A stretch of DNA of 64,000 bases from Catajapyx aquilonaris (Eukaryota), in assembly GCA_000934665.2 (NCBI GenBank), contig JYFJ02001299.1, forward strand, positions 1 to 64,000. Direction: 5' to 3'. The notes under the pieces are model-generated. The model worked only from the letters and a program-made list of their open reading frames with translations. It was not told the origin of the DNA and did no database searches. A program made the position numbers and the translations under genes. This document shows, in pieces, positions 11,901 to 23,900 of the stretch. Each line of letters starts with the position of its first letter. Position 1 is the first letter of the stretch.

Positions 11901-14900
11901 CGTTCCCCTAGGTGAAGGTTTTGATCGACAAAGAAGGGGCTAACTTTGGGTGGTACTGCAACAAAAAGGAGCCCAGGGTCAGACCAGACAACGCGTATAG
12001 CGTCGTCCGTCTTCTCTACCAAAAGGACGGGGGAGGGGACATTACCGCAACCTGACTCTTATAGGCGCAACCTTCAAAAAAAGACAAGACATCAACATAT
12101 CCTCTGTCCTGCCAAAAAATTGTCGCAGAGCCTAAAATAAGCTGAGAGGGACTGTCTGACTTTTTTTTTTGATATTTTCTTTTAAAGCCAAAAAATGTGC
12201 TACGTAAAGTGTGATGTAGCCTGCATGTTTCCTACGCGTGTATTTTACATGTTATCTTAGGCTCTGCTTGTAGGAATGGTTAAAAATGGTAATTGATTGG
12301 NNNNNNNNGGGGGGCGTCCAAAAATAAAGCCAGTCGAGAGTTTGGTTATTAGTATGAAAGGTTCCGCTGGCTCGCCATGTTTCTCTGTGGTGTTCGCGCT
12401 TTTTTCCTAGTGGACTGTTGAGTGTCCCTGTGATGGAACTGTTGTTCTGAGCAAAGTTAATTAATGTTAGTGCTCCCCGTCATTAACAACCGCACCCAGT
12501 GGCCCATAATTAGGTGGCTTTCCAATCGCTTTGATCAAAAAAGTCAACGCGATTGGGTATGGCAAAAGCTTAAGTGCCACACCAGTATTTTTACAAAATT
12601 TGCTTATGGCTTACCACTACAATAACAGAACTAATCTACTATAAAAGGAACGTCATACTGAATTAGATTATAATATAATTAACTAGAACTAGAAAAATGT
12701 AAATAATGGGAGTTGGATTTGGGCTGATGGGAAGGGATATTACGTCCTCTCATAACAAGGATTAAGCCTCAGTCTGATGATGGCGAATGAATTCATTTAG
12801 AGAAGAATCTGTCACTCTTTTGGTGGACTTGCGATAGAGTCTTTGATAAGAGAAGTTTCTGCTAGACAGCTAGAGCAATTACAATTATTCTGAATAGAAA
12901 TGACATAATAAAAATTTATTTGTTGTTATGTTATTGTTCAGTTTGTTTTTCTATAAATGTTAACTTATAACACTGGAATGTTTATTTCAAAAATTGACCC
13001 AGAAAATGATTAGCAAAGGAGGCAATGCGGATTATGTCCGCTTCAAAATGGTGAGGAAAGGGTATGAGCAAGGTACGGGTAAGACACAGTTACGTGGACG
13101 AATAATGGCATATTCAATGTGTACCGATGACAGCCACCTCTCCTGATCGCCTGGCGCTGTCTCCTTGCTTGTTCCAGGCCGTGCACGTGTATTCCCCAGC
13201 ATCTTCCCTTGGCTGCACGTGCTCTATCACTAGGGTTCCGTTCGGAAACACCTTCTGCCTCACGTCTACAGGTAACTCCCGATTCCCTGAAAAGAGTCAC
13301 CAGAAGAAACTTTCTTCGGTAAACTAGTTTGTGGCCGGTTTGGGACACATATTTCAGCAAGGAGGAGAAAAAAGGTTCTGGTTTCGGCAACAAATAACAA
13401 GGCAGGGACTTTACCTGGTCCTGTAAAAAAACGTAGTTATTTTGGGTCCAATAGTATACTCGTACATTCGTATACTGTAAAGCTATAGTTCCAATGGTTT
13501 GACTGATGTGTCAAAAATCAGTTTTCAGTGAGTGTCTTTCTGTTTCACGTCAAAACGTGATGCAAAAATCGTACCAACTGAGTCGAATTACTCAGAATCA
13601 GAGCTTCTGACTGCAAAATTTTGCACGGCACAAGTCAAGTTGTGCAACATGCAAGCACAGTACGCCACATCAAAAAGCTTCATCTACTCTCCCTCAAAAA
13701 GACGTAATGAAGTAAACTACAGGTATGGAGGCTCTCTGGCAAACATTTTTCTCTCTCCTCCCCTCAAAAAAGTAGCCAAGCACAATTTTTTATAATTCAA
13801 ATTCACTCTTCCACATCCACGGTCCTGAAAAGCCTTCATCAATCTCTCTCAGCGGCCATGTTAAACACGCCCAACCGTCCAATCAAAATGGCGGCCCACA
13901 AGAGATATGGAAACCGCACGTTGCCGCGCGCCATCTCACTCATGTTTATACAGTCACTCAGAACCGAGCTGTGAGCTGGTTTTTCATAGACATTTCTCTC
14001 TCTCTGTAGCTCCCGGGTTTGTGTGGGTGTGGGTGGGTAGAGTACAGGCTGTTTACAGGCGGAAATGGTGGCCGAATAGAACACTGAGTGCGCACGAAAC
14101 CCATTTGCCAACGGACATCCCGCAGTTTCCACTTTGCTTCCCTCCAAATAAATTAGTCCGAGGTGGCAGCCGCATAGAGATCGTTACCTATTTTACATGT
14201 GGATCATACCACACACTTTATTCTCACCATGGCTTATAAACAAGATTTTTTGGGGAAGGGGAAAAAAAAGCATTTTAAAAAAAATGAGGAAGTCTCGTAA
14301 TTAACCAAAAATTTGCCCTGGAGAACTGGGAGTGAGTTAAAACCTAGGATCCGCATGGGTGATGACTTTGTGGTCCTGAATTCCATGGTGTTTTTTTTTC
14401 TATAGATCCATGGTGACATCAATACTGCATCGCTTTGATGTTGTCCATTACACGTCGCTGTCAGGGCACGTGTCGGTACATAAAGGATATTTAAAAAAAG
14501 GTTGGGGGCTCTCGCCTTATCCTAATTGAGCCACAGGCATCCATCATGTCTTCACAAAATGCGGGGGTTTATTACTGAATTAGTGGCTGATCTGTGGGTT
14601 CAGACTGTATACTGTACTTTCAATGCAATGTTCCGGATGAGGTTAGCCCAACAAGCTCCTGCACTTTGGATCTACATGCACTAATATTTTTAGAACCATC
14701 CTATAAAAATTCTCTGATTTTTTTAAAAAAATCGCATCATGAGGTTCATAAAATATGCCTGGTTTCCCTCTGACGCCGTATTTCATCCGATTGAATAATA
14801 TAAAAAAAGAGGAGAGCAAGAAACCACAGATGTGTCTGGAGCGTCCGACATCTGCCATGACAAAGTGCATTAGAATCCTATAAATTGCCAGCAGGGAAGT

Positions 14901-17900
14901 TTTGGCAGGCCTGCGCATCCTTCACTGTCCAATCGTGAATCATTCAGCCATTTTTCAAAACCTATCAGCACTCTATTTTCAAACCGCGCCAATTCTGGTC
15001 GCCTACACACAAAAAAAATCCGCAGAGTTCATACAAATTGAGCACATTTTTAGTTCCCACACCAAATTATCCTTCTAATGTCCAGTATATGTGAGGAAGG
15101 AATTACAACGGACACTAGGAGGAATTGGAAATGGTTCATTACCAAGATCGATTTCTTTGCTCCCCCCTTTTTTTTGTTACATACTCTGAATTGACACTGG
15201 GGTGAAAAACAGGCGAATCAATCTTGCCACTAATGATGATTATTTCGGTGGAAAGTTCCAGCCCGAAGGAACGGGGCTCATCTTCAATGCATTTCCTGGC
15301 AGCAGTGTAGGGGGTTGGCTTATCTGCCTTGCATAATGCTACTCAATACCTCATCACCAAGGCAACAGAAACAGAATCCTGATTTCAAGTTGGAAAAGAG
15401 CAGAGGCAGACGAGGATTGCCTGCCAGACCGTATATGAAATATTAACTAGGACACCAATATGTCGCGTCAAAAAAAAAAATCGTGTGCTGTGAAACACAC
15501 TTTTGTCATCGGAATGAAATGAGAGGATTTTTTTTGGCATTCGTGGTCCGCATAATTTCGATATTGCGTCACGCTTTCGACGGACACAATTAATGAAAAT
15601 CCCGTTTGGGGGGTTGTTTTCAGCCTAATTATCGTGCAGCAAAGGATTACTGAACTTAATTTTTTTTAAACGGGCCGACCTGTGCATAATGATGTGGCAG
15701 ATCATCGGTGGTTGATCAATATTTTAGTAAATACATGCATAGCTAATGATCCCAAAGTGGCAATTCGTTGCCCATACCAGTAATGAGATTGTTATTAATT
15801 ATTTTGGTGCATGCTTGGTCACGTTGCAGCCCAGTACTTAAGGTACTCCATATTGTGATGATCCATTAATTAATACTGTTTGCGCGCTCTGTTTGGGCTT
15901 GACAATAGTTTTCACTATTTCACAACCAAGCGGTCAGTCTCATCAGATAATGACACACCCTCCAGCAATATTCTTCTGGCTTGCGATCAGAAAATTAGCT
16001 ACTCAACGCTCAATACTAAATCCTTTGATATTCCGGCAGTATCCTCACGCTAATGGGCTTCCACGTGAGAATTTCTGATCGCAGTGTCGCGCTTGGGGAA
16101 TAAATATGAAGCAGCAAGTGCGGATCGGAAACGGTATCCTGACACATCCTGGGGAGAGCAAAAACCTAACCCGGTTCTATACTACGTGGGGGGGAGGGAG
16201 AGAGAGAGAGGACCGCCTTAAAAAATACTGCGCCAGATAATTCCGTAGTGGCTCAAAATTATGGAGAGTCGTTTTTCACGGCTTCCACTGACACTTCGGA
16301 GGGCAGGCCGCGATATCTGTAGGACATAAATTGCTGCCTGGCCCTGGAGTTGCGTGGCCAGAATCACCTAATAACCACTCACGAGGTCATTCCTGCACCC
16401 ACCCACCGACAAAAATGTTGTATCGAATTTTTTGGGGGGAGGGACCAGTACGGAAGGTGCATCTTCATATACCCAGTGGGCCAGATCGTAAATGGGCCGC
16501 TAGTGGAAACTAAATGCACCATTATCACTTCATGTGTGTGGGTGCTGGGCGATTCGTCCTGAGGCTGACATTTTTTGGGAGATGCACATGTATACCGAGT
16601 GATGCTATCCGCATTTCTTACCTCTACATTTTATACAGGTGGCTCCGACTTACGTAGGTACCGACTTACGTAGATTCCGACTTACGTAGGTACTGACTTA
16701 CGTAGATTCCGACTTACGTAGGTTCCGACTTACGTAGGTACCAACTTAGGTAGATTCCGACTTACGTAAGTACCGACTTAGGTAGATTCCGACTTACGTA
16801 AATTGGAGGCCGTAACCCGGGCAAAAGTGTTGTGGTTTCGGGCCGGTACAGGGAATGCCTACTAGTTACGTAAAATTGTGCTAATTGTAATTGTTTTTGG
16901 GCCATATGACACACAGGTAGAATCGCATCCAAAAAATGAGTCTAGTCGTAAAAAAAATCGTTCTTTGTAAATGTGCACACATCCTCGAAAATCATCATTC
17001 GGGTGGCATAAATCTGAAAATTTCTGACCGCCGCATAAATCAATGCTTCATGAACAGGAGCAAATCTGCACATAAAATAAGGGGGCCCCTCGTACCATTT
17101 CCGCACCGAATGCTCACGCGGTTTGAAACCTCCAATTTGCAGGCGTAATAAATTAGGATTTATAATGATAGGAAGCCCGCATCAATCCGCACCGCTGGGC
17201 TCCATGGGAAACCCCCAGCATCATACATTTCGAGTCGCTCCTCTCCCAACCAGGGAAACAGGTCAGCATCATATGTAGCCCAAACTTGATATCAAACAAA
17301 ACTGACGATATGGACTAAACTTGACAGTTGGCTATACCCTGCAGCTTTTTGATTGTTGGCTTCCGGATTGTCAACAGACACGCTTCAATTTAAATACTGC
17401 CAGCTGTAAGCCTTGATGAAACCCCCAATTTTTCTCTACCCATCCTGACTGCAAACACCGGTTTTATCTCCCACTCTCTATACACTCAGGAGCCTCTTTC
17501 GGATGCCTGTGCTCTGATGGTGTATACTGCCGGGGCCTAGTGTATAAAGTGACTCGATTAATCCTATTGTTTGCTTGTCGGGGAATGGTCCTGCATTATT
17601 CATGCTATTTACATCCGCGGGGTGTGAATGATATTGAGCAAATTTTTAAAGTAATCAACTTGGACTTTTCGAGGCCCCCGATAGTTAGTTGCATAGCTCC
17701 AGAGGATGATGAACAACACAGGGAAAAAAATGCATTAGAGAATTAAACGCAAATTTTAAAGTACGGTACACATATTACAGGGCGTGAATAAAATATCATC
17801 GGGGTTACATTGTATACACGTGGGCTTTAGCCAAAGTAATTATATTTTCCAGGACAGTAACCGCACTATTTCCGTGTAATTATTCACGCCTACAGGTACC

Positions 17901-20900
17901 AATGGGTTATTATGTGTGAGCACAGTTATTGGAAATTGCCGAACTCCCATTTCATTCCTGTGTTATTAATGCGCCCTAAACTGGCCTGCAGCGCACCAAT
18001 GAACATCACATATTATAGCAATAGGCTTTGCACAAAAATTCAGCATTTTTTGTGGTCCATTACACAAACGCGCTAAAGTGCAATTAAACCTTGAAAATAT
18101 TGACATTTTACATCTGCTGTAATAGCAAGCAAAATTATAATTTTTTTTCCAGCTTACGAAGCGCGCTATGATATATGTCGATTCTTCGCCATTTTCATAA
18201 TAAGTAGCCGTGCACTCGCAATGGGCAGAAAAATGTCGGCTTTTCACCACATAAAAGCCCCCTCCCCCTTTTCCGCTGTAATTAAAACCGCTTTGCACAT
18301 TCCACTCACTTGGAATAATACCAGAGTAGCCCCGAGTTTGCGGCTTGCGCGCCCTGCAAGATTTCAACGCAGAATAGAATTTCGCGGGCGGAAAATCTGG
18401 CCACGTTTTCAACCCTGCTATTTCGTCGCAAAAATAATAAAAAAACACAACAATGCACCGTAATTCCCCCTCTCTGTACAAGTGGAATTCAGCAGTAAGC
18501 GGAATTTACTATGTGCTTGTTAGGGTATTGTATTTGTCCAGTTCGTCATCTGCTGTACTCTGCTGTGTATTATAATGGGGTGGGATTTATGGGGATAAAG
18601 TAGCCGCAGAATGTTAACAGCCCAACTTTTGTGGGGACAACCTCCCTCCAGAGAGAATACAACAACAGTGGACCAGTGCGCAGACTTGCACAAATAAAAT
18701 TTGGAGGCCACTCGAAAATTTCTCACGTTTTGTTTTATCCAGCAGCAGGAACTGTTAAAAGTAAACCTCTCCCAAAGTGCTTTTCTTGTTACTTGTTTTT
18801 TTTTTGTGCGCCCACTAGTTTGGTCGAAACTCTAGATTTCCAGCTGGTCAAACATCCCTCCAGGAATTGTGTGGACCAGAAATTCCAGGAGAAACCTTAG
18901 TGAAAAGGAAGAGGCGTCTGCGGACTTAAGTGTTTCTGACAGCACAGTGTGAAATACAGGAAGCCGGCTAAAAGGGTGGGGGTGGGAGGCTTTTCGTCTG
19001 GCGTTTTAACGACTCCCCCTTTCTCCTGTGGGAAGAGTTGGAGGAGGAAAAAAAAAGAGGGGAGGAAAGCAACAAGGATTTCTTATCCGACAGAGGGGGT
19101 AAAAAGGCACTCACCTCTTTCCCAGCGTACTCCTTCGATGGGGTATCCGGCCACGGGGCATTTCAGCACCAGGTTCTTCCCCGCTACTGCTGTCACTTTA
19201 GAAATGGGCCGGATGTAAGGGGGACCTGCAAATGAGGGCTAATCACTTTTGGAGGTTCGAGATTTGACTCTGGAGAGATTTTTAGGCTGATATGAGGGGC
19301 CAAAAGGAGTAATAAATTCAGGGGAGTAACTTTAGTATTGAACATGTCAAGGCCCACAGGTACGCTCATGTTGCATGAACAGAAGCTCACTAAGCCCCAG
19401 AGCAGTGAAAGGCAATCATAAATTATATTTTAGCAAAATTATATATTAACAAAAATTGAGCTGACAAGATGTGATATAATTTCCGTAAACTATAGGCTAC
19501 TTCAATTATTTGGAAACACAATTTTTAAGAAATGTAAGTATGATTTCTCAAGTTATGTGAAACAGTGATTAGTCAGCAGTCTTGGCTACCCACATACCAG
19601 ACTCCATAAGCGATCTGATTGGTGGATCAGATGGTGTGATCCACCAATCAGATCGGATGGTACAGTGCGGTACAAAAGAAATGCTCTTTTGAAACCCTAC
19701 CGTGTATGAGGTCGCAATATATTTTAGGGCATGCCTATTTTTTTAAAGAAGTTAGGCTCTGGGTACTGTACATTGGTCATAATATTGATGCTAATTAAGT
19801 GAGGATTCAATACCACACCAAATAGAGAGTTGTTATGGATCATTAGGGGATGTCTGGATTATTTCAGGAGCATCTGCTTCTAATGGCGGCTTTTTGTTTG
19901 GTATGCAGATGAACTGGTGTCATTCCCCGGGCGCGTCACAAATAATATCTTGATATCATAAGTCTGGGTAATTATTTACCTGATCATGATTATTCACTTT
20001 AATTGCCTGTAAAATTAGTTAAATCCTCCAAAGTATGATCAGGATGCATCAATCACATGCCATGAAAGAGCCATTTTCTAGTTGCAAACAACACACAATA
20101 GCACCGGTATAACAAGCAGCATTTCCTATAATATGAGGCGAATCAATCACAGCCCATATGCCACAGTCAGCATTTGTGATGATTATAATTAGCTGCCAAT
20201 TACTGCGCTGCATATTTGCCCTGTCGCCAAGTGCACTTCGCAACCCAAAAATTTCAGGCATCCTTTTTTTGGGATAACAAGAATCTTTTTGTGCTACAAT
20301 TCTATAGAATAAGCACGTTAATTAACTCAGTAGTGTTTTTTTTGCAAAAAATTCGCAAATATGGTGGGTGCTATAACACCCGGGCAGAAAAATGAAAGAT
20401 TTTTTCCCCATAGATTGTGACGGGCCACTTCCGCAGATTCTCCTAATTAGTTTCATTATGACATCTCTGTTTCCTTGAAACCTCTCCCGCCCAGATTCTT
20501 AATATATTCCATTCACGAGGACCATCTAATTAGCAGCCAGGGCACAAAGCTTCGGCAGTTTGACTCGACACAATATGAGTCCTCTCCCTCTGCTCTAAAG
20601 AGGAGGACATAGACCCATAGACACATGGACTGGGATCAAGATAGGCCACCTTTCAAATCTAGACTCATAATCTCGGTCGTTATGAGGATTTAATCCTGAT
20701 GCCTCTAGGCAGAATTTCTAGTTGCATTTAGCTGCATGACTAGTCTGGAATATAATTTAGCTCACACGCTGTAGTTAACTTTGTACCGAAGTACAAGTTG
20801 AGCTAAATGTTAAATGCTGGAGAAGAACTGTTTTGTACTCTGCAGTTTACAGCACTACTTGTAATGTTGTTTTAGGTTGTACACAGGAGAATACTATAGT

Positions 20901-23900
20901 CATCCAAGATCATAATATACGTATTGTGTAGTACATTCACTACATTTCCTGCTGCAGAGTGAAAGTGAAAGTACATGCTGAAGTTAGCCATGTTTTTCAT
21001 GTAAGTTTCCAATTACGCTGCATTAATACTGCGGGGTACACCGTGGTTATGTTACACAAACCAACTAAGCGTACTGCATTATACATGTTTATATCCCGCG
21101 AGGTGTCACAAAATTCCGCAAAAAAAAAATTAATCGCACGATGCGACCGCAAGCTTAACGGTTCGTTACACCTCGTAACGGCTTCGATTGGACAACAAAC
21201 AGGGTCTTGACTTAATGGGACGAAAAGTCGTTGGAGTCTTCCCATTTTCTTTTTCCAAGCCCTCCCCACAATCCTCCCGGTTGATAGAAACTAATCGAAC
21301 AAAGTGAGCCCACTAATGACACTGACGTATCGGTTAATGACTGAGGGAAATTGGGCGCATGCCTTTTATATACCCGGTTCCAAAGCAGACGTCTCATTTT
21401 CTCAAAAAAAAAACTAAGTTTTTTTTTCGGTGCAGAACGAGGCTGGCTTTGAGTCCACAGCACAAGGCGAGAGTCCCAACCCATTAGGGAAATATCTCCT
21501 TCAAAAGCGTGCCTTATCAGCCCCCCCACGAAAAGCGCAAAAGTTTCTCAGGCGTCTCCCAGCACACGTCGTTTTCTCTCGCCCCCAAAAAAACCCCACC
21601 CTTTGCATCTTCGCCTGCGGTATATACACACACACTCTCTCGACGCCAACATTACCTGAGACCAAATTTAATTTCCGCATCATTATCCCCCAAGGGTGAT
21701 GAAATATTGGCCAGACGCCTTTTGCTCCATAATGGTAGGGAATGCTTGTGCTTTGGAAAACGTGATAAAATGTCCCCTCAGAATATGTTCGCGACACGAA
21801 TATTCAATTGAACCTATTTTAACTTACAATCGGATTGAAAACATTATCAGCTAAAGATCAGTATTTTGGACTCCAAATACCTGCAGAGATGAAACAAACA
21901 GTATAGGTACTACAAGAAGCCATGGAAAAAGGAGGACAGCAATCAGACCGGAGACAAATAATCCGGAGGAGCTTTGAGCATCTCGTTCATGCACTACAGG
22001 AAATGAAGAAGAAAAAAATGTACTCTCCCGGTTGCAAAGCCAAGAGACGATGCAGTCGGGGTCCTTTTACTAAGGCCTGGGAAATTAAACCCATAGGCGA
22101 GTTTGTCAGTTGCAGAGCTTCATGTTGCGAGCCATAAAGAGTACTACTGGAGGAGCATATTACGCCGGGCTTTTTGGCAAATCTTCCTTTCAGAAGGACC
22201 GCCCGGGCTTTAAAACGAGACCAGTTTCTTTTGTTAAAAGTAACCGGGACTCTCCCCCCAAAAATATATTAAAAAGTAATAATCTGCAGGTTGGGGGGGA
22301 GGGGGGGGGGGAGAAAAATGTCAAACACACTGGCCGCGGACTGAATTTTATATGGATTATACCGGCAGTGTGTCTGCTATAAACTGGATTCATAATTAAC
22401 ATGGCGGACCACGCCTGCACAGAGAGTCACGTATTGCTGAGCAGGTACAGGGGGGACACCACCAACCCTATACTCCTACAATTTTATGTCCTGCATGACA
22501 CGCCTCGCAGAATATCACGGTGGCTTCCACTGCTGGCCGTATTTCACATTATTAGACCTAAAAAGGGTTTCCAGGTCCTGTTTTACGCATGTCGCCAGAG
22601 AGAGACAACTTTCGGAGTCCTAAAATTTTCTCTCTGCTATAGGACAATTCACTTGGGGGCGCGGTAGCAGCAATATGACACACGTACACACAGACAAAAA
22701 AAAACAAGCGTGTGATCACATGTCCTGGAAGAACTTCAGGGAGACCATAAAGCAGCGCAACATCTGCCCAACCCAATACCCCGTGAAATGATTTACAGTC
22801 GAGGTTTTTTTCGTCCACAGGACCTAGGAAAAACCATGTCTTGTTGACCAAGAGGCCTTTTCCTCTACCCTGATTTCCTCCCAATGGCCAGGAAGCTTGG
22901 ATGGGCCACTTTGATGGAGATCGTAAACTGGACCCTGCGTTTGCACAACGTGCCTTGCAGGAGATGAGACCCAGCGGTGTTGTAAGGTCAGCATCACACA
23001 GAAGACTTGGATTCAAATTCGTAGTAGTTAACTTACAGATGACGGAATCGAGTATAATCCAACCAATAGATGGCGAGGGTTGCATAAATCGAAGCGGACA
23101 GATGGCGCCAGTGGTACAGTACAACTGGCTGCGTCCAATTTACATGTGAGGTCACAATTTTTACAGAGTGGGTCAGATTGGAGCTGGCCATGGCAACCTC
23201 AAACTTTATAGAACCCCGAGTAAATGGGCAGGAGAGAGGCAATCCCCAAATGACCGCCATTACAGCCGCTAGCCCCCGACGATAAACTCCGCTCCAGTTT
23301 ACTACTAGCCAGGTCGAAGTCCAGTTTTTTTTTGGGGGGGGGAGGGAGTGAGGGAGGGTTGGGTCCCGCAACCCTGCTGCCTCTCTAAAGGCGTTGCAAA
23401 AGCTCCCGCAGAGATTGGCGATGATCTTTTAACGGGTAGATTAGGATAAGAGATTGGAGGCTGCGAATGGGCCTACAAGATCCCCCCTTGTTAACCCTCA
23501 ATCAGCACAAAGTTCGGTTGCAATGCTATTTACCAACTCAATCTGTTGGATGCGGGGCAACTAGGGCCAGCTTCTGAAACACTCTGGACAGTAATGCCAC
23601 GCTGTACCATGAATTGACCTCATAGGACGTAACAATGTGCAGTAGTACGAAAAAAAGCAGAATATTGAAACAAAGTTCGGCTCTCACTTGGTGATAGTGT
23701 TTGAAGGTACTATATAATATTAATCAAAAAAGTGCGCAACTGAAACCATGTTACGTTTTTTTTTTCCTCCAACCTGACATACTGCATGGACCAGTGGTAC
23801 ATATTTCAAAACGAGTGGTGGCCTGTCAAAGACTTCAACTGGCATTAAGTAAATAAATAGTGCAGGGTAGGCCGCCACAGCCATTAAAAATTGACGAGCT

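Noticed and set aside
10990..12022. Poly-Tyr/Leu extensions of the Ig7 ORFs as coding sequence
   Set aside because: These are translations of intronic (TAC)/(TAT) tracts outside clear splice sites.
16644..16803. CRISPR-like appearance of the regular repeat
   Set aside because: The units are head-to-tail with no unique spacers, the context is eukaryotic and there are no cas genes.
22558..23371. Cluster of 80-190 aa ORFs in the Ig5-Ig6 intron
   Set aside because: No domain similarity recognised; overlapping ORFs on both strands are consistent with chance.
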